Assembly (NCBI GenBank): GCA_024223715.1
Contig: JAAEOA010000015.1
Coordinates: 5,500 to 69,499 of the forward strand
Origin: a bacterium
GTDB lineage: Bacteria; Krumholzibacteriota; Krumholzibacteriia; LZORAL124-64-63
DNA: 64,000 nt
Direction of reading: 5' to 3'
Made by a program: the position numbers and the translations under genes. Of this stretch, positions 9,845 through 19,655 are shown piece by piece. Position 1 is the first letter of the stretch; each line of letters begins with the position of its first letter. Under the pieces are notes generated by a model. The model did no database searches and was not told where the DNA came from. It worked only from the letters and a program-made list of their open reading frames with translations.

Positions 9845-11875
9845 TTAATTTGAAATGGTCAGGTACAGACGGTAAGACCGGCCATCCTGCCAAATGCGTT
9901 CCTGGTATTCACCCATGGTCCCGGGATGGGAGATGGGTTCGTTTAACAGATTGTAAATGCTTCCCTTCAACTCAACATTTTCGATTAGGGAATTGTTCAG
10001 CACACTGAGGTTCATCAAATAATGATACTCAGCGTATTCCCTCATAATGGTCAAACGTTTGCTGTTGTATTGAATTTCCAAACCAGCCCGGGTTCCCTTG
10101 TCATAAAAAGGCATCGACAGGTTCAGTTTTGCCATGTGCGGACTGGCTTTCGATTCGCCAATCAGAGGATTGAAAAGGCGCTCTTTCGCATCATTGTAGC
10201 TGTAACTGAGGCGTCCGGTAACCCCTTGGCGGGCTTGCTTAACAACCTCAACTTCAAATCCTGTGGACTCGATTTCATCATTCACCCACTCTTCAGGAAG
10301 CAGGTCTGACTGATCGTATTGATCATCTTTTAGCAGGCGGTAATCATAAAGGTAACCGGTGACCGAAGTACTGTACCCGTTGCCAAATGATTGTTCCCAG
10401 ATCAACTCATAAGTGGTGATGTCTTCCGGAGTGTATTCCAGTTGCCCCTGTGATTCTTCCTGGGCAATTTCATAACCATTGGGAGCCCGGAACGCAGTAC
10501 CATACAAGATCTTGAAAACGGTACCGTCGATGGGCTCAGTGACCAGAGCCAGACGGGGATTGGTGGACCCACCGAAAGTAGTGTATTCGTCGTGACGAAC
10601 ACCCAGATTCAGAAGTGTCCTTGTTGTCAAATGAATCTCAGTGAGCAGATAAACACCCCAGTTTTCTGGGGCCTGTTTGAAGTCATACCATTTATAATAT
10701 GGGTTCAGGTCACGGGCACTCATGTCCATTTGGAAATTGTTTACGTATTCCGCACCCAGGGCGATGGCATGATCTCCGGGCAATCGTTTGGTCATGTCAA
10801 CCATTCCAGTGAGTTTTTCCCCACGGAAGTCATCCACATATGGGATGGAATAATCGACAATGTTGCCTTCATAATCGAAATCATATGGCCATTCACCATC
10901 CCACTTGAAGTGCTGGTAAAATACCTGGGCCGAAAAGTCGATATCCCAGTTGAGTTTCTTTTTGTATTTGGTACTTAAACTCCAGGAAGTGTCCTGAGTA
11001 TGAGCTGAATTGTCGTTAAAAACCACGCCAACCGGAGCCATGGGGTTTTGCTTGAATCGCCATCCGTATATGGCTTCAAAAGTGAAACCTTTATAAATGG
11101 CCTTGGTCATCATGTTATACCACTCTTCAGAATCACCATCTTCGAACAGGCCATGATTGTATGACGGATAATTGAATTCTTCGATGTAGTGATCCTGACC
11201 GTCGACTTGACCATATGATCCGCTGAAGAGAAGGTCCAATCCGGATTCGGTTTCATAACCACCAGTGGCCCGCAGGTAGGTGTTGCCGTAGCTACCATGT
11301 CCCACCTGAACTTCAACACCGTTGTATTGATAGCCTTCGCGGGTAACTACATTAATGATACCCAGCATGGCGTTGGTTCCATAAAGGGAAGAAGCAGGGC
11401 CGCGAATCACCTCAATGCGTTCGATCAATTCGAGATCCACAGGGAAACCATTTCCGGTCATGACACCACCAACGGAACCTTCGTTGGTGCGAATTCCATC
11501 GACTAAGACCAGAATTCGGCTGCTTAAGTCTCCGGGTGTTCCAAGACCACGAACTCCAATGTAGTAGTAGTTGCGGTCATAAGTGACATAAAAGCCACGC
11601 AAACTGGCCAGAACTTCGGCCATGGTGCGGTAGCCATAGGTCTTGATTTCCTCACGGGAAATGATGGTGATGGAGCTGGGGGCCTCTTTGGCCTTCTGCT
11701 TAATTTTTGATGCACCATAAACCACATTCATTTCCATGAGGTCTTCAAGAGAAAATTCAGTGTAATCAGGTGAATCGTTGGCCAGGGTTGCCGGAGGGCA
11801 GAAGACCCCAATCAGGAACCCTAAAGCCAGAAGTACCATCCTGGAAAGTGAAATAGTAAATAGTCGTAACTTCAT
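9845..11875 (-). CDS. TonB-dependent receptor-type outer-membrane protein
   Basis: 676-aa ORF with a signal peptide. Plug-domain motifs: APSSITIISREEIKTYGYRTMAEVLASLRGF and IERIEVIRGPASSLYGTNAMLGIINVVT. A long beta-barrel-like alternating sequence follows. Confidence 0.8.
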   Translation of the reverse strand: MKLRLFTISLSRMVLLALGFLIGVFCPPATLANDSPDYTEFSLEDLMEMNVVYGASKIKQKAKEAPSSITIISREEIKTYGYRTMAEVLASLRGFYVTYDRNYYYIGVRGLGTPGDLSSRILVLVDGIRTNEGSVGGVMTGNGFPVDLELIERIEVIRGPASSLYGTNAMLGIINVVTREGYQYNGVEVQVGHGSYGNTYLRATGGYETESGLDLLFSGSYGQVDGQDHYIEEFNYPSYNHGLFEDGDSEEWYNMMTKAIYKGFTFEAIYGWRFKQNPMAPVGVVFNDNSAHTQDTSWSLSTKYKKKLNWDIDFSAQVFYQHFKWDGEWPYDFDYEGNIVDYSIPYVDDFRGEKLTGMVDMTKRLPGDHAIALGAEYVNNFQMDMSARDLNPYYKWYDFKQAPENWGVYLLTEIHLTTRTLLNLGVRHDEYTTFGGSTNPRLALVTEPIDGTVFKILYGTAFRAPNGYEIAQEESQGQLEYTPEDITTYELIWEQSFGNGYSTSVTGYLYDYRLLKDDQYDQSDLLPEEWVNDEIESTGFEVEVVKQARQGVTGRLSYSYNDAKERLFNPLIGESKASPHMAKLNLSMPFYDKGTRAGLEIQYNSKRLTIMREYAEYHYLMNLSVLNNSLIENVELKGSIYNLLNEPISHPGTMGEYQERIWQDGRSYRLYLTISN

Positions 11876-12123
11876 TGTTACCTGCTTGTTTGGCCCAGTG
11901 GGCCTTTGGCGTGATTGTTTTCAATAACTGGTTGTCTATAAAGTCACTTATCGTCAAAAACATACGGTACTTAAATTATTGTTGGTCAAAGAATGAAAAA
12001 TCCTACCCTCTTCAGGTTGGTGTCTCAAATCAGCGGTGTGACAATTTTCGTGAAAAAAGAGCAAAGTTGTTTTATTCTATTCGGCAGGCTCTCTTCTCCA
12101 ATAACAAAATCTGAGGTAAATAA

Positions 12124-12834
12124 ATGAAATTCAGTACTTTTGTACTTCTGATGATAGCGTTGATGTTAGTTGTTTCGGCTTGTGGATCCGGCGGGGATTC
12201 AATGGCCGATAAATCCTCAAATGGGCAGCAGGAAGAATCTTCGGTTTCAGGGAAAATAGAAGATGGTCTTCGGGTTCTGACCTTCAATACCCAACAGACC
12301 ACTCAAAATTTCCGCATTTATCGTGGTGATTATGTGCGTCCGGAAATTGAAGGTTCGGCCAGTGTTCACTTGGTTATTGAAAGCCTGGAAGTTGATGGCC
12401 AATATCCTGTAGCTGAAGGCTCCAAGCCATATTTTAAAGTGCCGGTTGTTGGAGTTTTTCCTTACACTGCAGGTAGCTTGTCCGGGGTTATTGAGGCCGT
12501 TGATTTAACTGCTGCAACATATAGTGAAGTTTCGGCCAGCGAGGCCAGCAGGCTCATTGCCACCCTTGATCCGGTTATTCTGGATGTGCGTACGGATCGG
12601 GAATTCAAAGATGGGCATATAGCTAATTCACTTTTGATACCGGTTCAGGTTTTAAAACTTCGTGCAGCTGAATTGGATGAATACAAAGACCGGCCTGTTT
12701 TTATATATTGTCGTTCCGGAAACCGCAGCACGGTGGCTTCAAGAATGCTTATTGAAAAAGGCTTCACGCAAGTCATTAACTTGCGTGATGGTGTGAATGA
12801 CTGGAAACGGTCCGGGTATGAGCTTGTGAAATAA
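12124..12834 (+). CDS. Lipoprotein with C-terminal rhodanese domain
   Basis: 236-aa ORF with a lipoprotein signal (MLVVSAC). The C-terminal rhodanese has active-site loop FIYCRSGNRS and DGVNDW. Confidence 0.75.
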   Translation: MKFSTFVLLMIALMLVVSACGSGGDSMADKSSNGQQEESSVSGKIEDGLRVLTFNTQQTTQNFRIYRGDYVRPEIEGSASVHLVIESLEVDGQYPVAEGSKPYFKVPVVGVFPYTAGSLSGVIEAVDLTAATYSEVSASEASRLIATLDPVILDVRTDREFKDGHIANSLLIPVQVLKLRAAELDEYKDRPVFIYCRSGNRSTVASRMLIEKGFTQVINLRDGVNDWKRSGYELVK

Positions 12835-12853
12835 GGAAAACATATTTGATCAT

Positions 12854-12890
12854 AAAAAAATGGCCCGGCATTTTGCCAGGCCATTTTTTT
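12854..12890. terminator. Bidirectional Rho-independent terminator between convergent genes
   Basis: Hairpin ATGGCCCGGC-ATTTT-GCCAGGCCAT (about 12860-12884, one mismatch) flanked by A7 on the left and T7 on the right. It sits between stops at 12834 (+) and 12920 (-). Confidence 0.75.
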
Positions 12891-12919
12891 GGTTTTGGCA
12901 ATTATTCCTAAAAAACCAC

Positions 12920-13891
12920 CTAAGGCTGAACACCATCCTGGAAAACAATTTTCCAGTCTTTGCTCATGTCCATACGCCAGGCATTGTCGTTATTCTTAAC
13001 CAGATCAGCCATGTCTTCGGTTCCCCCATCGTATTTATATTCCCTTTTGGGGTCGTCATGGTGAATCCAGAGGGCAAAACCACGACGCTTACCAGTGACG
13101 GCATAGCGGCACATGGGCTGATCGTTATCACTGTTGCCCACAACAAAAAGAGGCCGACGTCCGATGCGGGTCTCAATGTTACCGGGTTTGGCTTCGTGGC
13201 CGTTATACACCTGATCTGTACCACGGACGATGATGATTTCATCGCCCTCCTGAGTGGAGACAGCGGGAGTCCAGCTGCCAATAATTTTCTCTGGTGGAAC
13301 GCCAGTGGCATCTTCCAGATAACTGCGCATGAAATCCTGTTCGCTGCCGGTAACAACCCAGAGTTGGAATTCATGGGATTTTAAAAGTAATGCCAGCTCC
13401 TGCATGGGGACATAATACAGTTTAATAAGGGGAACTTCGTATTTTTCATGTAGAGTGTGGTTCATGAAAACACGGGCAGAGTCTTTAAATGCTTCTACCG
13501 GCATGCCGGCAAAAGTATTATTCATGATCTTCCACGATTTTTTCCAACCAAATTTATCCAGGGCTTTTCGGTCATAATCAATCCAGGCTTTGAAGGGCAT
13601 TTCCTTTCCGTCAACAAGGCCCTCCGCAGCCAGGCTTTTAAGCAAACTGATTTGGAAAAGAGAAGAGGGATAGCGAGGGCGTTCACAAATAAAGGTGCCA
13701 TCGTTATCAAATACAGCGACCCGCTCATTGGTGGGCACAAAATCTTCACTGTCGGGATTTACCACAGCAGCCAAGTATTCCAGAATGGCGTCCTTAACTG
13801 GAGAGTTGTTCCAGGAAGGGAGTTCATCGGCCAGTGCGGAACTGGTGGTTGCCAAAACCACCAAAACAGAGAGAGAAATAAACCGGAGCAT
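12920..13891 (-). CDS. Secreted HAD-superfamily (subfamily IB-like) hydrolase
   Basis: 323-aa ORF with signal peptide MLRFISLSVLVVLATTSSALA. HAD motif I is FDNDGT, motif II VVTGS, motif III Lys in KPGNI, and motif IV GNSDND. Confidence 0.65.
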   Translation of the reverse strand: MLRFISLSVLVVLATTSSALADELPSWNNSPVKDAILEYLAAVVNPDSEDFVPTNERVAVFDNDGTFICERPRYPSSLFQISLLKSLAAEGLVDGKEMPFKAWIDYDRKALDKFGWKKSWKIMNNTFAGMPVEAFKDSARVFMNHTLHEKYEVPLIKLYYVPMQELALLLKSHEFQLWVVTGSEQDFMRSYLEDATGVPPEKIIGSWTPAVSTQEGDEIIIVRGTDQVYNGHEAKPGNIETRIGRRPLFVVGNSDNDQPMCRYAVTGKRRGFALWIHHDDPKREYKYDGGTEDMADLVKNNDNAWRMDMSKDWKIVFQDGVQP

Positions 13892-13915
13892 TTTCAGCCT
13901 TTCAAACAGGGAGAA

Positions 13916-16900
13916 TTATTGGACTCGTACCTGATGCAAAACTTGTTCAAGTTCAAGCAGGGTCACTGGTTTTGCAAGTGCGGCTTTGAAACCGAATTGT
14001 TTGTACTGAGACAAAACCTGGTCGTGAGAATAACCGCTGATAACAATAACCCGGGAATTGGGATCAAACTCCAAAAGAGGAGAGATGATTTCTTTGCCGC
14101 CTCTGCCACCGGGTACTGTCAAATCCAGGAACACAATATTGTAAGGCTTATTTTTTTTGAATTCGCTTTTGTAAGCCTCAAGGGCCTGGTCTCCGTCGGA
14201 AACGGAATCGACGTCCAAGCCAAGGTGGCTGAGCATTTGGGAAAGAGATTCCCGAACTTCTTCTTCATCGTCCATAATGAGCACACGGCTGGCGAGATTC
14301 AAAGTCTGGCCTGTTTTCTCACTTATTGCCTCTGTTGTTTTTTCCCCTGAGGCCGGTACCACTAAAGTCATGGTTGTGCCGTTTCCCGGCTCTGATTGGG
14401 CAATAAGTTCCCCGTTGTGTCTGTGGACGATGGATCGAGCAGTCGCCAAGCCCAAACCAGAACCGGTTTCTTTGGTTGTGAAGTAGGGATCAAAAATCTT
14501 CTCTAAAAACGAATTTTCCATACCGGATCCATGATCCTGAATGGAAAGCATGACATACTTACCCGGGTTTAACTCATAATAAACAGGGGAGTCCTGTGTA
14601 TTATCTCCTGAATCTTTTGTGAAATTCTCTCCGCGAATAATGACCAATCCACCTTCGGGCATTGCCTCACGGCAATTTATCAGCAAGTTGTTAAGAACTT
14701 GATTCATTTGACCCTGATCCAGATATGCAGACCACAAATCATCTGACAGATCGAATTGGCATTTTATGTTCGATCCACGCAAGACAAAATCAACACTTTG
14801 GCGAACCAGTTCCGACAGGGAACCAACGGAGATCACCGGGGCTCCGCCTTTGGAAAAAGTAAGCAACTGATTGGACAATTCTCGAGCTCGTTCCACTGCT
14901 CCAGCTGCGGTTTGGCATTGCTGTTTTTCTTTGCTGTCGGCGGAAAAGTAGTGATCGATTAGGGACAAATTTGCCAAAATAATTGTCAGTAAATTGTTGA
15001 AGTCGTGAGCAATGCCACCTGCAAGAATACCCAGAGACTTCAGGTTTCTGGATTTTTCCAGTTCTGCTTCAATGGCCATGTTGGCTGCAACCTGTTGTTG
15101 GACCTCCTGCTTTAGACGTGAGTTGTATCTCCTCTGGGTGATAATAATGAGTGGAAAAACCAGTGAAACCAGGAAGAGAAAACCGGCAAATGCTTTGAAC
15201 AGGGGACGTTTCCAAATAGGGCGAGGAATGCGAATCAACACTGATGTTTGCACATCACTCCAGGGCTGACCGCTGCCTCGGGCCTGAAGGGAAAAACGGA
15301 AATTTCCAGGGGGAAGGTTATTATATCTGATTATTTGGTCCCGAGAGGCATTTTCTTCTCGCCAATTAGGATCGAAGCCTTGCAATTTGTACCGAATTTC
15401 TATTTGCTCGGGCTCCCGGGTAGTAAAAACCCTGAACAAAAATGCCAGAGATTGATTACCGTTTGGTAAAATGATATCGTTTTTGGCGAAAAACAGGGAA
15501 TAAGCCTCTTCGTTGACCTGGAGGCTGGTCAGGTACACAAAAGGAACTTGAATTTCTTTGTCCTCAAATTCAGGATTAAAATAGTTCAGTCCCCGTTCTG
15601 TGCCCATCCACATTCCACCATTGGATTCAAGGAGGCTCGCACTCCGGTTGGTCTCTCTTCCCAGCAACCCCGTTTCAACAGTGAAGGATTCCCTTTTGTC
15701 CGGGGAAATTCTAATGACGCCATTGTTGGTGCCGGCCCAGAGCCGCCCTTTTTTATCCATTGTCAGAGAATATACGGGCCTTTGAATACTGTAGTTTTGG
15801 TCCTTTGCAGGAACCAGGCGATTGTTGATTACTTGGTATAGCCCTTTTCGGGTGCCAACCCACAAGGAACCGTTTGGTGTCTCCAGAACATCGTAAACTG
15901 AATTTCCTTTGTCTCGAAGCCCGGTGGTCCATTGTTCAATTTGGCCCTCTTTGTAGGCAATAACACCAGAGGATCCAGTGGCCAGATAAACGGTGCCATT
16001 CTCTCCAAGAATTATTCGTCGTATGAAAAACTTTCCGGCTATTTTGTTTGCAATTGGCAATTCGTGAACTGTATCGTTAACCCGAACCAAAAGTCTGTCA
16101 CCCAAAGCTATCCATACACGGTCCTGAGGGTCAACGGCCACAGAAACGTAATAGCCTGATACGGGTTTTTCGTAAGTCCACCAGGATAGTTTCCCTTCTG
16201 GTGTCAGAGTTCCAATACCATGTTGGCGACCAGCTATCCAGACATTACCTTTGGAATCTTCGGCAAGATCCAGCACACGACTGTGGACCCCTCTTTCAGG
16301 AGTGGAAATTGTGGTGAAATTATCTCCCCACAAGGTGATCCCGTTATTGTGTCCCAAAACCAATGTCCCGTCCTGGCGGCGCAGAAGGGCAGTGACTTCA
16401 TCAGACAAAAGGCCATTCTGGGCGTTATAGCCGGCAATGAAGCGGCTCACTATTTTGCTGATCCCCCGGCGTGTTCCCAGCCACATGACTTTTTCCCGGT
16501 CAATGAACAGGGCCGTGCAATCTTCCTCCACCAGGCCATTGTCAGTACCAAGTTGTTCCATTCCCAGACTGGGATGGAAATATGTTGTCCCGTTATTTCC
16601 ACTTAAATACAGGCCACCTTTGCCGTCGGCAGTACAGAGAGGAGTCAGAGATTCCCGGAAACAATCGAAAATTTGGCCCTGAGGTTGAACCAGGTATTGA
16701 AAAACACCATGATTCAGGGAGCCGATCCAGTCTTCGCCCACCAACCAGAGTGACTGAGATGTGGGATCAACACAGGCCCCCAATACTGAGGCGGATCCAG
16801 TCTGGATCTTCAGGGGGGTTACGTCCGATGGGTCAGATGCCGGTATTGAGAAAATGCCTTTGGTGGTTCCAACGATAAAAGAATTGTCATAGGTCGTCAT

Positions 16901-17443
16901 GGTGAGAATTTGACAGGTAGTATTCAGGCCAAGAGAAATTTCCTTCCAAATTCCCTGTGAACCGATGAGAAGCTTATTTTTTTGCCTTACAATGGCGGCT
17001 ACCACCTGGTCATTGTTTTCTGCCAGGGAAAAATGCGTGAATACTGTCTTGGTGTCTTCCAGTGTTGCTGGCAAAGGAATTTGTTCATAATGGCGCCCAT
17101 ATTTATGCAGAAGTATTGGGCCGTATCCCGAGGCCAGAATCCACATTTGACCCTTGTGGTCAGATTGGAGCAATGCCTGAGTTAAGTCTCCGGTCAGGCT
17201 GTCGGGCTCTTCCGGTTCCCAGGAAACCCCATCATAGACTGATACGCCAGCCCTTGAAGAAATCCACATTCTTCCCCATTGATCCTGGGCAATGCTTTTG
17301 ATGGATGGGCTGGGCAGGCCATCAGATTCTTCGATGGTTTCCACATGGTAAATCTGGGCTGAAACAGGGCCCGCAAGCAGGAAGAATAGTCCTGCCAACA
17401 GGCAGGACCGTAAAATTGTTTTAAGCAAAGCAACAGGACTCAT
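13916..17443 (-). CDS. Hybrid sensor histidine kinase with large periplasmic beta-propeller/Y_Y_Y-type sensor region
   Basis: 1181-aa ORF. Likely start is Met7 (ATG 17443), with a signal peptide. The ~700-aa periplasmic region has repeated propeller-blade-like units (W(I/V)GT..G(L/I)) and a Y_Y_Y-like segment (IRYKLQGFDPNWRE). This is followed by a TM, H-box HDFNNLL, HATPase GSGLGLA, and a receiver (VLIMDDEEEV, FLDLTVPG). Confidence 0.85.
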   Translation of the reverse strand: MSPVALLKTILRSCLLAGLFFLLAGPVSAQIYHVETIEESDGLPSPSIKSIAQDQWGRMWISSRAGVSVYDGVSWEPEEPDSLTGDLTQALLQSDHKGQMWILASGYGPILLHKYGRHYEQIPLPATLEDTKTVFTHFSLAENNDQVVAAIVRQKNKLLIGSQGIWKEISLGLNTTCQILTMTTYDNSFIVGTTKGIFSIPASDPSDVTPLKIQTGSASVLGACVDPTSQSLWLVGEDWIGSLNHGVFQYLVQPQGQIFDCFRESLTPLCTADGKGGLYLSGNNGTTYFHPSLGMEQLGTDNGLVEEDCTALFIDREKVMWLGTRRGISKIVSRFIAGYNAQNGLLSDEVTALLRRQDGTLVLGHNNGITLWGDNFTTISTPERGVHSRVLDLAEDSKGNVWIAGRQHGIGTLTPEGKLSWWTYEKPVSGYYVSVAVDPQDRVWIALGDRLLVRVNDTVHELPIANKIAGKFFIRRIILGENGTVYLATGSSGVIAYKEGQIEQWTTGLRDKGNSVYDVLETPNGSLWVGTRKGLYQVINNRLVPAKDQNYSIQRPVYSLTMDKKGRLWAGTNNGVIRISPDKRESFTVETGLLGRETNRSASLLESNGGMWMGTERGLNYFNPEFEDKEIQVPFVYLTSLQVNEEAYSLFFAKNDIILPNGNQSLAFLFRVFTTREPEQIEIRYKLQGFDPNWREENASRDQIIRYNNLPPGNFRFSLQARGSGQPWSDVQTSVLIRIPRPIWKRPLFKAFAGFLFLVSLVFPLIIITQRRYNSRLKQEVQQQVAANMAIEAELEKSRNLKSLGILAGGIAHDFNNLLTIILANLSLIDHYFSADSKEKQQCQTAAGAVERARELSNQLLTFSKGGAPVISVGSLSELVRQSVDFVLRGSNIKCQFDLSDDLWSAYLDQGQMNQVLNNLLINCREAMPEGGLVIIRGENFTKDSGDNTQDSPVYYELNPGKYVMLSIQDHGSGMENSFLEKIFDPYFTTKETGSGLGLATARSIVHRHNGELIAQSEPGNGTTMTLVVPASGEKTTEAISEKTGQTLNLASRVLIMDDEEEVRESLSQMLSHLGLDVDSVSDGDQALEAYKSEFKKNKPYNIVFLDLTVPGGRGGKEIISPLLEFDPNSRVIVISGYSHDQVLSQYKQFGFKAALAKPVTLLELEQVLHQVRVQ

Positions 17444-17457
17444 GGGGGCTCCAAAAA

Positions 17458-17913
17458 TCAATTTTCTTTGAGAACATTTTCATCGTATTCGATTTCAAAA
17501 CGAAGCTTGTGGTTGGCTTCCTCCTGAGCCAAGGAACGGAACATATCTTTGATATCTTCATTTTCCGCACGTTGGGCAAGATCGGAATAAAGTCGGAAAG
17601 CTTGCTTTTCCTGTTTCATGGCAAAAATAAGAATATCCTGATAGCTGGCGGGATCGGTCAGTTCAACATCGTTGGCATAGTCGGCTATTTTCAGATCCGC
17701 AATGTCTTCCAGGTTCCCGATTTCAGTTTTTCCGGATTTGACATTTTCCAGTTTGATTTTGTGCCCCCGTTCTTCCTGGGCAAATGAGAGGAAAAGCTCC
17801 TTGTCGTGCCGGGATGTTGCCTTTTCGGCAATCATGGTGTAAAGCTCCACCGCTTTTTGTTCCATGGCAATAGCATAGTCCAGAATGTATTCAAGGTTGT
17901 TCATGTTGGTCAT
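17458..17913 (-). CDS. Ferritin-like / rubrerythrin-type diiron-carboxylate domain protein
   Basis: 182-aa ORF. Probable start is Met32 (ATG 17913), giving MTNMNNLEYILDYAIAMEQKAVELY. Two E-x-x-H motifs (QEERGHK, QEEANHK) occur in a four-helix-type repeat. The stop lies 14 nt upstream of the kinase start. Confidence 0.7.
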   Translation of the reverse strand: MTNMNNLEYILDYAIAMEQKAVELYTMIAEKATSRHDKELFLSFAQEERGHKIKLENVKSGKTEIGNLEDIADLKIADYANDVELTDPASYQDILIFAMKQEKQAFRLYSDLAQRAENEDIKDMFRSLAQEEANHKLRFEIEYDENVLKEN

Positions 17914-18134
17914 GGCCTTGCCTTTGTTCAGGGTTGCGACCTGTTGATAGGTTGCAATGGGAAAGAAACAATATTTGAGCCGGTGAGTGGATAAACAGCC
18001 GGTCACTTATAATAGGCCCGAAGATTTTAATCAAAAAGTGTCAAGGATTCAATGGTAAAGTCTTGGCAAATTTAATGGTGATTTTCGAATTGGGTGATGT
18101 CTGGCAAGGCGGTAAACTGTTGATCAGACGGTGA

Positions 18135-19547
18135 TCAACGCGGGGAGCTCCGGTCTGTATCGGGGAGTTCAGAAATGTCTCCCTGATCACCAATAACCGG
18201 TTTCTTCCACTCTCCTTTCATAAACCAGATGAAGGCCACGGTTCCGGCCACAATATTCGAAATATTCATAGCCCACCACAATCCCACCGGACCTTTATCC
18301 ATCACAACGGCCAACAACCAGGATGCGGGAATTCGCACCGCCCAAAGGCGTCCCATGTTCACAACCATCACCGGCAGAGTATGTCCGGAGCCGGAAAAAG
18401 CCCCAAAAATGACCAGAATCAGACTGAAGGCAAAAACGGAAAAGGAAGTGATGCGAAACAGGTCTCGTCCATAGGCAATCACTTCGGGGTCGGCAATGAA
18501 CCAGTGGGTAATGTGTTCTCCAAAAAAGAAAGTGGCCGTGGTCAATGGCAGCAGAATTAGTGTCACCAAAAAGGCAGAATTGCGCACGGACTTAACTGCC
18601 CGATCCACAAATCCGGCTCCAAGATTTTGCCCCACAGCGGTGGCATTGGCTTGGCTCAGGGCAATGGCTGGAACCGAAACCATCATTATGATCCGATGCC
18701 CCACCCCAAATGCTGCCGTCACTGATGAGCCGAAGCTGTTCACAATTCCAATCAGAAGTGTGAAGCCAAGGGAAGTGCCAGCCTGGCCCAGCGATAAAGG
18801 AATTCCGATTTTAAAAAGCCGTGAAATCATTTTCTGATCCCAGCGCAAGTCGCTGGGGTGAATGCGGAATCCAGATCCGCCCAAAATGGCGTGGATGGCC
18901 AACAACGAGGCCACTGCCCGGGCAATGACCGTGGCGATGGCGGCCCCGCCTACTCCCATGGCGGGCACGGGGCCCCACCCAAAAATAAAAAGTGGATCAA
19001 GCAAAAGGTTCAAAATTACGGTGGCAATATTGATACGCATTGGGCCCTTGGTATCGCCCAGCCCAGTATATATTCCCTGATAGACATGGAAGATAAACAT
19101 GAGCGGCACACCGGCGAGAATCCATCGCATGTAAAGAAGGGTGCCTTCGAAGGCATCGGCAGGAGTTTGCAGAAAGTGCAGCAGTTGCGGAGCAAACAAA
19201 AGGCCCAGTCCGGCAATAAGGCAGCCAACCCCAATTTGCAGAATAAACGACTGGCCGGCAGCCCTTCCCATGCTCTCCGGTCGATTGGCCCCTTTGTATT
19301 GACTGATCAGCGTAGTGCCGGCCTGTCCGAGACCCATGGCCAGAGCAATTCCGATAAAAACAATGTTCATGGTCACTGTGGGAGCTACCAGAGCGCTTTT
19401 GCCCAGCTTGCCCAGCCAGAAAGCATCGACCAGATTATAGAAAGTCTGCAGCAGGAAAGAAACTGAAACCGGCCAGGCTACTGCCAAAAGGTGACGCACA
19501 AGGGGGCCTTGAGTCATGTCTCGACCGTGCATTGGTTTCAGGGTCAT
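18135..19547 (-). CDS. MATE family efflux transporter
   Basis: 470-aa, ~12-TM ORF with the MATE-type N-terminus LQTFYNLVDAFWLGKLGKSALVAP. Confidence 0.85.
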   Translation of the reverse strand: MTLKPMHGRDMTQGPLVRHLLAVAWPVSVSFLLQTFYNLVDAFWLGKLGKSALVAPTVTMNIVFIGIALAMGLGQAGTTLISQYKGANRPESMGRAAGQSFILQIGVGCLIAGLGLLFAPQLLHFLQTPADAFEGTLLYMRWILAGVPLMFIFHVYQGIYTGLGDTKGPMRINIATVILNLLLDPLFIFGWGPVPAMGVGGAAIATVIARAVASLLAIHAILGGSGFRIHPSDLRWDQKMISRLFKIGIPLSLGQAGTSLGFTLLIGIVNSFGSSVTAAFGVGHRIIMMVSVPAIALSQANATAVGQNLGAGFVDRAVKSVRNSAFLVTLILLPLTTATFFFGEHITHWFIADPEVIAYGRDLFRITSFSVFAFSLILVIFGAFSGSGHTLPVMVVNMGRLWAVRIPASWLLAVVMDKGPVGLWWAMNISNIVAGTVAFIWFMKGEWKKPVIGDQGDISELPDTDRSSPR

Positions 19548-19655
19548 GAGGACAACCGGTTGTTGAAGGGAGGCAGGGCGTGATAGGATAATCCCAGTGG
19601 AACCAAATATAATTATGAGGGCAGCATTAACAAGAACGATGACAAGGACGACGGA

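Noticed and set aside
12920-13891. The HAD-IB-like gene as the missing phosphoserine phosphatase SerB
   Set aside because: It has a clear N-terminal signal peptide, so it is exported. It is also 16 kb away from the ser operon on a different transcription unit.
13457-14350. 297-aa plus-strand ORF spanning the HAD/kinase boundary
   Set aside because: It is antisense to two well-supported genes, crosses their intergenic region, and has no motifs.
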